Source: Cupriavidus necator | GTDB taxonomy: Bacteria; Pseudomonadota; Gammaproteobacteria; Burkholderiales; Burkholderiaceae | Reading direction: 5' to 3' | Assembly (NCBI RefSeq): GCF_016127575.1 | Contig: NZ_CP066018.1 | Span: forward strand, 2,580,001 to 2,612,000 | Length of the DNA: 32,000 bases | Shown here: positions 10,011-18,793 of the stretch, piece by piece | Layout: each line of letters begins with the position of its first letter | Position numbering within the stretch: position 1 is the stretch's first letter | The notes under the pieces: generated by a model | What the model was told of the DNA's origin: nothing | The model's input: the letters and a program-made list of their open reading frames with translations, nothing else | Database searches by the model: none | Translations under genes and position numbers: made by a program

Positions 10011-10036
10011 TGCCGTCAATCCACAAGGCTGATCCG

Positions 10037-12385
10037 ATGTCCGACCTGCTTGCCAACCTGAACGCCGAACAACTAGCCGCCGTCACCCTGCCTGACGAAC
10101 CGGCGCTGATCCTGGCGGGCGCGGGCAGCGGCAAGACCCGCGTGCTGACCACGCGCATCGCCTGGCTGATCCAGAACGGCCGGGTCTCGCCGGCGGGCAT
10201 CCTGGCGGTGACCTTTACCAACAAGGCCGCCAAGGAAATGCAGACGCGGCTGTCGTCGATGCTGCCGATCAACACCCGCGGCATGTGGATCGGCACCTTC
10301 CACGGCCTGTGCAACCGCATGCTGCGCGCGCATTTCCGCGACGCCGGGCTGCCCCAGACCTTTGCCATCCTGGACAGCCAGGACCAGCTCTCGGCGCTCA
10401 AGCGGCTGCTCAAGTCGCTCAACGTCGACGATGAGAAGTACCCGGCCAAGAACCTGCAGTACTTCATCAACAACGCCAAGGAGCAGGGCCTGCGCCCGGC
10501 CGACGTCGAGGCCAACGACGACTTCAACAAGCGCTTTGTCGACCTCTACGCCGCCTACGACCTGCAGTGCCAGCGCGAAGGCGTGGTCGACTTCGCCGAG
10601 CTGCTGCTGCGCTGCTACGAGCTGCTGCGCTACAACGACGCCATCCGCCAGCACTACCAGCACCGCTTCCGCCACGTGCTGGTCGACGAGTTCCAGGACA
10701 CCAACGTGCTGCAGTACCAGTGGCTCAAGCTGCTGGCCGGCTACGGCACGCAGAACCCGGCCGCGGTCTTTGCCGTGGGCGACGACGACCAGAGCATCTA
10801 TGCGTTCCGCGGCGCCAACGTCGGCAATATGCGCGACTTCGAGCACGAGTTCCGCGTGCGCCGGCTGATCAAGCTGGAGCAGAACTACCGCTCGCACGGG
10901 CATATCCTGGATTCGGCCAACCACCTGATCTCGCACAACGCGCGCCGCCTGGGCAAGAACCTGCGCACCGACGCCGGCCACGGCGAGCCGGTGCGAGTGT
11001 TCCAGGGCGGCTCCGACGGCCAGGAAGCCGCCTGGATCATCGAGGAGATCCGCGACCAGATCGCGCAGGGCGCCAGCCGCGCCGAGATTGCCATCCTGTA
11101 CCGCAGCAACGCGCAGTCGCGCGTGATCGAGCATGCGCTGTTCTCGGCCGGCATCGCGTACCGCGTCTATGGCGGCCTGCGCTTCTTCGAGCGCGCCGAA
11201 ATCAAGCACGCGCTGGCCTATATGCAGCTGCTGGAGAACCCGCGCAACGATGCAGCCTTTGGCCGCGTGGTCAACTTCCCGGCGCGCGGCATCGGCGCGC
11301 GCTCGCTGGAAGTGCTGCAGGACATGGCGCGCCAGTATGACTGCGCGCTGGCCGAGGCGGTGGCCTACGTGCCCGGCGCGGCCGGCAGCAAGCTGGCGGC
11401 GTTTACACGCCTGATCGAGAAGACGCGCGAGGACACGCGCCGCATGACGCTGGCCGAGACCGTCGAGTACGTGATCAACCACAGCGGCCTGATCACCCAC
11501 TACCAGGGCGAGAAGGAAGGCCAGGACCGCATCGAGAACTTGCAGGAACTGGTGACCGCCGCGCAGGCCTTCGTGGTCGAGGAAGGCTACGGCCTGGAAG
11601 CGCTGGCCGCGGTGATCCCGGTTGACCGCAGCCCCGCCGCCCCGGCACTGGCCGACGGCGACCAGGCCCAGCAGGTGCTGGATCCGGAAGCGCTGCCGGT
11701 GGTGATGACGCCGCTGGTCGCGTTCCTGACCCATGCCTCGCTGGAAGCCGGCGACAACCAGGCCCAGGCCGGCCAGGACGCGGTGCAGATGATGACCGTG
11801 CATGCGGCCAAGGGGCTGGAATTCGACGTGGTCTTCATCACCGGGATGGAAGAGGGCCTGTTCCCGCACGAGAACAGCATGATGGACCCGGACGGCGTGG
11901 AGGAAGAGCGCCGCCTGATGTACGTGGCGATCACGCGTGCGCGCAAGCGGCTCTACATGTCGTTCGCGCAAAGCCGCATGCTGCACGGCCAGACCCGCTA
12001 CCACGTGCGCTCGCGCTTCTTCGAGGAACTGCCCGAGGCCTCGCTCAAGTGGCTGACGCCGCCGGCGCAGGGCTACGGCGGCGTGCGCCGCCAGGAGCGC
12101 GACAGCGCCTGGGGCCGCGACTGGTTCCGCAAGCCCGAGGACGTGCCCTATACCGGCACGCGCCCCACCGGCGGCATGGACAACGGCAACGGCTATGCCG
12201 ATGCCAAGCGCGAGGCCGGCACCGGCTTCCGGGTGGGGCAGTCGGTGTTCCACAACAAGTTTGGCGAAGGCGTGATCACCGCGCTGGAAGGCGAGGGCAC
12301 CGACGCACGCGCCAATATCAACTTCAAGCGCAACGGCGCCAAGTGGCTGGCGCTGTCGGTGGCGAAGCTGGACGCGATCGACTGA
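10037..12385 (+). CDS. uvrD: DNA helicase II (UvrD)
   Basis: Track ORF begins at TTG 10010, which overlaps the TATAAT box, so I prefer ATG 10037 (MSDLLANLNAEQLAAV). Walker A AGAGSGKT, motif II DEFQDTN, C-terminal FHNKFGEGVI Tudor-like tail. Confidence 0.95.
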   Translation: MSDLLANLNAEQLAAVTLPDEPALILAGAGSGKTRVLTTRIAWLIQNGRVSPAGILAVTFTNKAAKEMQTRLSSMLPINTRGMWIGTFHGLCNRMLRAHFRDAGLPQTFAILDSQDQLSALKRLLKSLNVDDEKYPAKNLQYFINNAKEQGLRPADVEANDDFNKRFVDLYAAYDLQCQREGVVDFAELLLRCYELLRYNDAIRQHYQHRFRHVLVDEFQDTNVLQYQWLKLLAGYGTQNPAAVFAVGDDDQSIYAFRGANVGNMRDFEHEFRVRRLIKLEQNYRSHGHILDSANHLISHNARRLGKNLRTDAGHGEPVRVFQGGSDGQEAAWIIEEIRDQIAQGASRAEIAILYRSNAQSRVIEHALFSAGIAYRVYGGLRFFERAEIKHALAYMQLLENPRNDAAFGRVVNFPARGIGARSLEVLQDMARQYDCALAEAVAYVPGAAGSKLAAFTRLIEKTREDTRRMTLAETVEYVINHSGLITHYQGEKEGQDRIENLQELVTAAQAFVVEEGYGLEALAAVIPVDRSPAAPALADGDQAQQVLDPEALPVVMTPLVAFLTHASLEAGDNQAQAGQDAVQMMTVHAAKGLEFDVVFITGMEEGLFPHENSMMDPDGVEEERRLMYVAITRARKRLYMSFAQSRMLHGQTRYHVRSRFFEELPEASLKWLTPPAQGYGGVRRQERDSAWGRDWFRKPEDVPYTGTRPTGGMDNGNGYADAKREAGTGFRVGQSVFHNKFGEGVITALEGEGTDARANINFKRNGAKWLALSVAKLDAID

Positions 12386-12428
12386 ACGAGTCCGGCTTCG
12401 CTGCGCGCCATGCCGCGACCCGGGCGGC

Positions 12429-13727
12429 TCAGGGCAGGGCGTGGCGGACCTCGCCAGCCTTTTCGTCGGGGCTGTCCACCGTCAGCAGCGGATTGATGAA
12501 CAGCGAGGCCAGCGCGCCAACCCCGAGCAGCGCCCCCGAGATCATGAACGGCAGGTCATAGCTGCCGGTGCGCTCGATCAGGTAGCCGAACACCACCGGC
12601 GACACCATGCCGGCCACGCCGAAGCCGGTGTTCATCATGCCGCCCGCGGTGCCGGCGTACTTGCCGGCGATGTCCAGCGGCAGGCTCCACAGCACCGCGT
12701 TGGTCAGCTCCAGGAAGAAGAACGACAGCGACAGCAGGATCACCGCGTTGACGGCATCGGCCGTGAAGGTCATCGGCGCGATGAACATCAGCGAGCCGGC
12801 CAGCCCCACGAACAGGACCGCGCCGCGCGCCAGGCGCAGGTTGCCGGTGCGCTTGTAGATGCGGTCCGACAGCACGCCGCCGAGCGTATCGCCGACCACG
12901 CCGGCCATCAGCGGCAGCGCGGTGAACAGCGCCAGCTGCTTCAGGTCGAAGCCGCGCGCCTCCTTCAGGTACGAGGGCAGCCACGTCAGGTAGACCCACA
13001 GCGACCAGCCGTAGCAGAAGTCGACGAAGGTCACCAGCCACATGCGCCGGAACAGGCGCCGCCACGGCGTGGCCGCCTTGGCGGCCTGCCGGCTGTCGCC
13101 GTGCCGGTAGCCGATCTCCTGCAGCTCCTGCGCGGTCACGCGGCTGTGCTTGTCGGGCGAATCCTTGAAAAAGAAGGCGTACAGCAAGGTCCAGCCGAGG
13201 CTGACCGCGCCCAGCACGATAAAGGCTTCGCGCCAGCCGGCGGCGGCCACGATGACCAGCACGACCGGCGGCGTGATCGCACCGCCCAGCCGCGCGAAGC
13301 TGTGGGTGATGCCCTGCGCGAAGCCGCGCTCCGCCACCGGCATCCAGTAGGTGAAGGCGCGCGTCGCGGTCGGGAACGCACCGCCTTCGCCGATGCCCAG
13401 CACGAAGCGCAGCACCACCAGAATCAGCACGCTGCCCGCGAAGCCGGTCAGCACGGTGGCCACGCCCCAGATCAGCGAGAGGACAATCAGCACCTTCTTG
13501 GGCCCGAACTTGTCAGCCATCCAGCCGCCGAGAATCTGCATGGCGGCATAGGGGTAGGCAAAGGCCGAGAACACCAGCCCCAGCTGCGATGTGGTCAGTC
13601 CCATTTCCTCGCGGATCAGGGGGGCGGCGACCGAAATGTTGACGCGGTCGATATAGGCGATGAAATACATCAGGCACATGACGCCCAGGATCATGTGCCG
13701 GGTCTTGATACGTTGCTTCATAGCCAC
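12429..13727 (-). CDS. sauU: MFS transporter, ACS (anion:cation symporter) family; position matches the sulfoacetate carrier SauU
   Basis: 432 aa, AGGAGG SD. The N-terminus MCLMYFIAYIDRVNISVAAPLIREEMGL is typical of ACS-family acid carriers. It is the last gene of the IclR / aldehyde DH / CoA ligase / MFS arrangement. The symbol comes from recalled C. necator H16 work, not from a search. Confidence 0.8.
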   Translation of the reverse strand: MAMKQRIKTRHMILGVMCLMYFIAYIDRVNISVAAPLIREEMGLTTSQLGLVFSAFAYPYAAMQILGGWMADKFGPKKVLIVLSLIWGVATVLTGFAGSVLILVVLRFVLGIGEGGAFPTATRAFTYWMPVAERGFAQGITHSFARLGGAITPPVVLVIVAAAGWREAFIVLGAVSLGWTLLYAFFFKDSPDKHSRVTAQELQEIGYRHGDSRQAAKAATPWRRLFRRMWLVTFVDFCYGWSLWVYLTWLPSYLKEARGFDLKQLALFTALPLMAGVVGDTLGGVLSDRIYKRTGNLRLARGAVLFVGLAGSLMFIAPMTFTADAVNAVILLSLSFFFLELTNAVLWSLPLDIAGKYAGTAGGMMNTGFGVAGMVSPVVFGYLIERTGSYDLPFMISGALLGVGALASLFINPLLTVDSPDEKAGEVRHALP

Positions 13728-13933
13728 CTCCTATGCGCGGCGCGCGCGTGGTGTTGACGGGGCGGCGGCCGGCACACGGTCCGTAGCCATGCGCTTGCGG
13801 CGCGCCGGGGGCGCGGCGCCGGCCGCGCTGCCCCGTCCTTGAGCAATCTGTCTGCAGTCTTGAGTCGTGTCTCCTGGTCTGGTGGATTCCGGTCGGGCAG
13901 GCTCCTTGGCGAGGGTTGTGGAAGGGGGAAGGT

Positions 13934-15463
13934 TCAGGCGTGGTTGAGCAGCTTCAGCCGCTGCACCTTGCCGGACGGGCCGCGCGGCAGCTCGGCGATA
14001 AAGCGGAACTCCTTCGGCGTCTTGTAGCGGCCCAGCTCGCGCAGGCAATGCGCGCGCAGCGCCGCGTCATCGCAGCGCGCGGCCTCGCGCATGACCACGT
14101 AGGCAACGATCTCCTGCCCGTAGGCCGGGTCCGGCACGCCTACCGCCGCGGCTTCGAGCACGCCCGGATGGCGCAGCAGCGCCTCGTCGATCTCGCGCGG
14201 GGCGATGTTCTCGCCGCCCTTGATGATCAGTTCCTTGGCGCGCCCGCTGATGTAGAAATAGCCATCGGCGTCGCGGTAGCCGAGATCGCCCGTGCGCAGC
14301 CAGCCATCGTGCGTAAAGGCCTCGCGCGTGATGTCCGGCGCCTTGTAGTAGCCCGCCATCACGCTCTCGCCCTGCAGCACGATCTCGCCGACCTGTCCGT
14401 CAGGAGCCGGCTTGCCGTCGCGCCCGAGCACGCGTGCGCGCGTGCCAGATGGCCTGCCGATGCTGCCGATGCGCCGCTGGCCCGGGTCGAGCGGATTGCT
14501 GAACGCCGGTGCGGCAGTCTCGGTCATGCCCATGGTCTCGATCACGCCGATGCCGAAGCGCGCCTCGAAGGCGCGGTGATGCTCGGGCGGCAGCGCGGCC
14601 GAGGCCGAGCGGCAGAAGCGCACGCCGGCCGGGGCCTGGCCGTGCGGATCGTTCAGCAGGTAGGCGATGATGGTCGGCACCACGTTCAGCCAGGTGCATC
14701 CGTGGCGCGCGCTGTCCTGCCAGAACGCGCTGGCGGAAAAGCGCATCGGCATCACCACCGAGCCGCCGTGCACCAGCGGCGCGATCGCGGTCACGACCAG
14801 GCCGTTGATGTGATACAGCGGCAGCGTCGCCAGCACCCGGTCGGCCGGCCCGAGGCAGTGCTCGCGGCTGACGTTGGTGCCGTTGGCCACCAGGTTGCGC
14901 TGCGTCAGCAGCACGCCTTTGGGCGTGCCGGTGGTGCCGGACGTGTACATGAGCAGCGCGGGCGCGTCAGGCTGCGGTGGGGGCAGTGGCGACGCAGCAT
15001 CATGCGTGGCAGGCAGTGCCGGCAGGCTGTTGGCATCGGGCGCGGTGACGAGCACCGGCACGTCCAGTCCGGCCTCGCGCAGGGCCTCGCGGATGGCGGC
15101 TTCTCCGTCGGGCCAGGTGAAGACCAGCCGCGTATCCGAGTGCGCCAGGATGTAGCGCAGCTGCGCCGGCTGGCACAGCAGGTTGATCGGATTGACCACC
15201 AGCCCGCAGGCCATGGTGCCGAGCAGGAGCCGCGCGGTCTGCTCGCCGTTGGGCAGGTACACCGACACCGTCTGGCCGCTGCCCAGGCCGGCTGCCGCAT
15301 AGCTGCGGCCGAGCGTGCCGGCGTCCGTCGCCAGCGCGCCGAAAGTGAGCGCATGGCCGCTGTCCGGGGACAACAGGTAGGGCTTGTCGGGCCACTGCGC
15401 GGCGCGCACGGCAATCAGCGCGGCAAGCGTGTCGAACACTTCGGGTTCCGTGCGCGCGTTCAT
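13934..15463 (-). CDS. sauT: AMP-forming acyl-CoA ligase; position matches sulfoacetate-CoA ligase SauT
   Basis: 509 aa with AMP-binding motif LMYTSGTTGTPKGV. Its start codon overlaps the upstream stop as ATGA (15463-15460), which suggests translational coupling. Confidence 0.8.
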   Translation of the reverse strand: MNARTEPEVFDTLAALIAVRAAQWPDKPYLLSPDSGHALTFGALATDAGTLGRSYAAAGLGSGQTVSVYLPNGEQTARLLLGTMACGLVVNPINLLCQPAQLRYILAHSDTRLVFTWPDGEAAIREALREAGLDVPVLVTAPDANSLPALPATHDAASPLPPPQPDAPALLMYTSGTTGTPKGVLLTQRNLVANGTNVSREHCLGPADRVLATLPLYHINGLVVTAIAPLVHGGSVVMPMRFSASAFWQDSARHGCTWLNVVPTIIAYLLNDPHGQAPAGVRFCRSASAALPPEHHRAFEARFGIGVIETMGMTETAAPAFSNPLDPGQRRIGSIGRPSGTRARVLGRDGKPAPDGQVGEIVLQGESVMAGYYKAPDITREAFTHDGWLRTGDLGYRDADGYFYISGRAKELIIKGGENIAPREIDEALLRHPGVLEAAAVGVPDPAYGQEIVAYVVMREAARCDDAALRAHCLRELGRYKTPKEFRFIAELPRGPSGKVQRLKLLNHA

Positions 15464-16941
15464 TTGCCGACCCTCGCGAAGTAGTCGCCCAGCAGGTCCG
15501 CTTCATCGGGCACGTGCTCGGCGATGGGCACGGCGATGCGGGTGATATTCAGGTATTGGCGCCAGCCGAGGTTGTCCGAGAAGTTGTTGCCGCCCCAGGT
15601 GCCGCAGCCCATCGACAACGAGAACGGCAGGCCGTTGTCGAAATTCCCGCCGGTGGCGAAGCAGTGCGCCTGGTTCACGATCACGCGCGCCACCGGCAGC
15701 TCTTGTCCAAGCTGCAGCGCATGGCGCGGGTTGGACGAATGCAGGCTGACCGAATGCCCGGCGCCCATATAGGCGTACAGGCTCGCCACGCGCTCGACCG
15801 CCGCCGCGAAGTCGGTCGCGCGGTAGAGCGTCAGCACGGGCGAGAGCTTCTCGCCGGAGAAGGGGTAGTCGCTGCCGACACCGGTTTCCTCCACCAGCAG
15901 CATCGCGGGCTGCAGCGCGCGCACGCGTTCCAGCCCGGCGAGCTCGGCAATGCGGGTCGCGCTCTGTCCCGTGAAGCTGCCGGCGAGCTTGGCGTCGCGC
16001 CACATCAGCGCCTGCAGCCGCGCTTTCTCCGAAGCCGTGAGCAGCACGCCGCCGACCGCCGCCAAGGCGTCGAGCATGGGCGTGTAGACCGCGTCGACTA
16101 CGACCAGGCTGTTCTCCGAAGAGCAACTGGTGGCATTGTCGAAGGTCTTGGAGCGCGCCACCTTGGCTGCCGCGTCATCCAGCGTGGCGCTGGCGTCGAT
16201 GATCGATGCCACATTGCCGGCGCCCACGCCGAAGGCCGGCGTGCCGCAGGTGTAGGCCATGCGCACGTTGGCCTGCGAGCCGGTCGCGACCACCAGGTCG
16301 GCCTGCCGCATGAGCTCCGCCGTCGCGGTCTTCGAGACCGGCGCGGGCAGCATCTGGACCAGGTCGGCGGGCAGGCCGGCGCGCGCAAACTCGGCGTGGA
16401 TGAACGACAGCAGCAGCGCGCAGGTGTCCTGCCCCTTCGGCGACGGCGCCAAGATCACGCTGTTGCCGCACTTGAGCGCGTTGATGATCTTGTTGGCCGG
16501 CGTGGCCGCAGGATTGGTCGAAGGCGTAATGGCCGCCACCACGCCCACGGGCCGCGCGATCTCGGTGATGCCGGCTGCCGCATCCTGCGCGATCACGCCC
16601 ACCGTCCTGCGGCCATGCAGGTCGCGCAGCAGGCCCAGCGTCTTGCGGTGGTTCTTGCGGATCTTGTCGTCGACATTGCCCAGCCCGGTGTCGGCGACGG
16701 CACGCTCGGCCAACTGGCGGTTGCGCGCGGGCTCCATGATGGCCCACGCGGCAGCGGCGACTGCCGTGTCGACGGTGGCCTGGTCGGCACGCGCGAACTC
16801 GCGCTGCGCCTGCCTGGCCCGGGCCACGACCGCAGCGACGGCTTCAGCCGCGGCTTGCGCTGGCTGCACGGGCAGGGATGCCGTCGGTAGGGGCAAATCG
16901 GAATTGTTGGACTGCCGGCGATGCAGTATTTGCACACTCAT
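15460..16941 (-). CDS. sauS: CoA-acylating aldehyde dehydrogenase (EutE/PduP-like); position matches sulfoacetaldehyde dehydrogenase (acylating) SauS
   Basis: 493 aa. Catalytic region FDNATSCSSENS and cofactor region AITPSTNPAATP. GGAG SD 8 nt upstream of the ATG. Confidence 0.8.
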   Translation of the reverse strand: MSVQILHRRQSNNSDLPLPTASLPVQPAQAAAEAVAAVVARARQAQREFARADQATVDTAVAAAAWAIMEPARNRQLAERAVADTGLGNVDDKIRKNHRKTLGLLRDLHGRRTVGVIAQDAAAGITEIARPVGVVAAITPSTNPAATPANKIINALKCGNSVILAPSPKGQDTCALLLSFIHAEFARAGLPADLVQMLPAPVSKTATAELMRQADLVVATGSQANVRMAYTCGTPAFGVGAGNVASIIDASATLDDAAAKVARSKTFDNATSCSSENSLVVVDAVYTPMLDALAAVGGVLLTASEKARLQALMWRDAKLAGSFTGQSATRIAELAGLERVRALQPAMLLVEETGVGSDYPFSGEKLSPVLTLYRATDFAAAVERVASLYAYMGAGHSVSLHSSNPRHALQLGQELPVARVIVNQAHCFATGGNFDNGLPFSLSMGCGTWGGNNFSDNLGWRQYLNITRIAVPIAEHVPDEADLLGDYFARVGK

Positions 16942-17045
16942 GGATTCGACTCCGCGGTTTGGACGGTTAGGGCCGCCGCGCTTTGTCGTGCACTTCGCGG
17001 CACCGTCGGCGGCCCTGGATCGAATCTAGTGAAGCCGGGCAGACA

Positions 17046-17128
17046 GGCCGTCCCAATTTGTGCGCTTTCGCGAGCGCGCAGCCGGGGTGCGATCGAGAAT
17101 TCAGTTTTCGGGACGGCCATGCGTCCCG
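17046..17128. promoter_or_regulatory. candidate IclR (SauR) operator region in the sauS-sauR divergent intergenic region
   Basis: Imperfect 20-nt palindrome TGCGCTT-TCGCGA-GCGCGCA (17061-17080). It is flanked by a 9-nt inverted repeat GGCCGTCCC (17046-17054) / GGGACGGCC (17110-17118). A local 7-bp hairpin CGGGACG-N6-CGTCCCG lies at 17109-17128. Confidence 0.4.
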
Positions 17129-17148
17129 GAATCCTTTAAATTTGATCC

Positions 17149-17907
17149 ATGAGCAATCATTCGAATGCCGCCGCCGTGCGCGCCTTCCGCATTCTCGAGA
17201 TCCTGTCCGCGGCCGACGGACCGCTGTCGCTGGCGGCCATCGTGCAGGCGATCGAGCTGCCGAAGCAGACCGTCCACCGCATCCTCAAGCAGCTTGAAAG
17301 CACTTGGCTGGTGTCGCGCACTGCCGGCAACCGCCACTACGAGTGCTCGTCGCGCGTGCGGCAGCTGGCCGTCAATGTGCTGATGCAGGCAGGTCCGGCG
17401 GCGGCGCGCCATGCGATCCTGCAGCAGCTGGTCGACAAGATCGGTGAGACCTGCAACCTGACCATGCTGTCCGGCGACGACGTGGTCTACCTGGACCGCG
17501 TGGAAACGCAATGGCCGCTGCGCATGCACCTGCAGCCGGGCTCGCGGGTGCCGCTGCACTGCACCGCCAGCGGCAAGCTGCTGCTGGCGTTCCTGCCGAG
17601 CGCGCAGCGCCAGCGCCTGGTTGCCAGCCTGCCGCTGCGCGCGCATTCGGCGCACACCATTACCAATGCCGAGGCCTTGCACGCGGAACTGGCCGAGACA
17701 CGGCAGCGGCGCCTGGGGGTCAACAATCAGGAAAACCTGGAAGGCATGATCGCGGTCGCGGTGCCGGTGATGCGCAACCGGAGCCGCGCCTGCGCGGCGA
17801 TTGCCGTGCAGGTGCCGATGGCGCGCATGACGATGGACCAGCTGATGGGATTCGTGCCGGACCTGCGCCTGGCAGCGGACGAGATGGTGAAGACGTTCTG
17901 CGAATAG
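17149..17907 (+). CDS. sauR: IclR-family transcriptional regulator; position matches SauR
   Basis: 252 aa. N-terminal wHTH RAFRILEILSAADGPLSLAAIVQAIELPKQTVHRILKQLE and a C-terminal IclR effector domain. Divergent from sauS. Confidence 0.8.
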   Translation: MSNHSNAAAVRAFRILEILSAADGPLSLAAIVQAIELPKQTVHRILKQLESTWLVSRTAGNRHYECSSRVRQLAVNVLMQAGPAAARHAILQQLVDKIGETCNLTMLSGDDVVYLDRVETQWPLRMHLQPGSRVPLHCTASGKLLLAFLPSAQRQRLVASLPLRAHSAHTITNAEALHAELAETRQRRLGVNNQENLEGMIAVAVPVMRNRSRACAAIAVQVPMARMTMDQLMGFVPDLRLAADEMVKTFCE

Positions 17908-17919
17908 GCCGTGAGGGCG

Positions 17920-17957
17920 GTGTGCTCCCTCTCCCGCAAGCGGGAGAGGGAGCACAC
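17920..17957. terminator. perfect 18-bp palindromic hairpin between convergent sauR and the membrane-protein gene (bidirectional terminator / REP-like element)
   Basis: GTGTGCTCCCTCTCCCGC-AA-GCGGGAGAGGGAGCACAC, verified base by base. Confidence 0.6.
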
Positions 17958-17981
17958 GATCGCGCAGCGAGCGCCCGTTGT

Positions 17982-18788
17982 TCAGGCCCCGGGAGTTGCC
18001 GGCGCGGTCGGATCTACCCCCGGCGGCGTCACGTTGAAGCAGCCCCGGTACGTCGCATAGAACGAGCAGTACAGGATCGCCAGCATCAGCAGCGAATATG
18101 GCGTGACCAGGAACGACAGCACCGTCTCCGCGCCGAAGGCGCTGAACACCGCCTCCAGGAAGAACGGGATCGCCACCAGCAGCATCGCGAACAGCACCGC
18201 GTAGGTGAGGAAGGCGCCGCGGTTGCGCCAGCACGCGGTCCAGCTGAAGAACAGTGCCTTGACCGGCGGCACGCCGTGCCAGGCTGCCAGCAGCGGCGCG
18301 AACCAGAACATCATCGCGATCGGCGTGTACAGCAGCGCGCCGATCAGCATGGCGTAGTACAGCTGGCGCACCGCTTCGGCGGTCGGCGCTTCTTCCTTCA
18401 GCACGATCGGCACCAGCGCGCTCATGTCGACCACCGAGCCGGCGATCAGCCCCAGCATGAACACCAGCCCGGCGTAGATGCCGCCCAGCACCAGCAGGTT
18501 GCGCGTGGCTTCCTTGCCGTTGGCGCGGAAACCCGCCAGCAGCACGGTGGGCATCACCCGCTTGTTCTGGATCACGTCGCGGCATGCGGTCATCACGCCA
18601 ACCGACAGGCCGGGGGTGACCACCAGCAGCGCGATGATGCCGATCAGCGGCACCACGATGGCCAGCTGCGCGGCGATCAGGTAGACGAACAGCAGCATCA
18701 GGAAGGTCAGCGGGTTCTTGCGGAACAGCCAGATGCCCTGGCGGAACCAGGTGTAGCCTTCCTTGGCAGGGACTTCCAGTAGTTGCAT
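17982..18788 (-). CDS. polytopic inner-membrane protein of unknown function (resembles the family named BPSS1780 in Burkholderia annotations)
   Basis: Track ORF 17982..19211 trimmed to ATG 18788 (MQLLEVPAKEGYTWFRQGIWLFRKNPLTFLMLLFVYLIAAQLAIV). It has several hydrophobic spans. It starts 5 nt after the thrB stop. Confidence 0.7.
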   Translation of the reverse strand: MQLLEVPAKEGYTWFRQGIWLFRKNPLTFLMLLFVYLIAAQLAIVVPLIGIIALLVVTPGLSVGVMTACRDVIQNKRVMPTVLLAGFRANGKEATRNLLVLGGIYAGLVFMLGLIAGSVVDMSALVPIVLKEEAPTAEAVRQLYYAMLIGALLYTPIAMMFWFAPLLAAWHGVPPVKALFFSWTACWRNRGAFLTYAVLFAMLLVAIPFFLEAVFSAFGAETVLSFLVTPYSLLMLAILYCSFYATYRGCFNVTPPGVDPTAPATPGA

Positions 18789-18793
18789 ACGGA

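Noticed and set aside
9940-10036. Search for an SOS (LexA) box CTGT-N8-ACAG upstream of uvrD; also checked upstream of polA
   Set aside because: No CTGT-N8-ACAG match is present in either upstream region, so I make no claim of SOS control.
13731-14048. 105-aa minus-strand ORF ending just before the sauU SD (possible upstream ORF or leader peptide)
   Set aside because: It overlaps the 3' end of sauT in another frame, is Arg/Ala/Pro-rich and has no SD. It is most likely an artefact, although the untranslated gap itself is reported as a finding.
10073-16890. Long antisense ORFs 10073..12253(-), 12441..13757(+), 13916..15484(+), 15514..16890(+)
   Set aside because: Each mirrors a gene with clear family motifs (uvrD, MFS, AMP-ligase, aldehyde dehydrogenase). 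Their translations are Arg/Gly/Ala/His-rich without motifs. They are GC artefacts.
16941-16962. GGATTCGACTCC, reminiscent of a tRNA T-arm (GGTTCGAnTCC)
   Set aside because: The flanking bases cannot form a T-stem or an acceptor stem. The segment is the SD and start region of sauS on the other strand.
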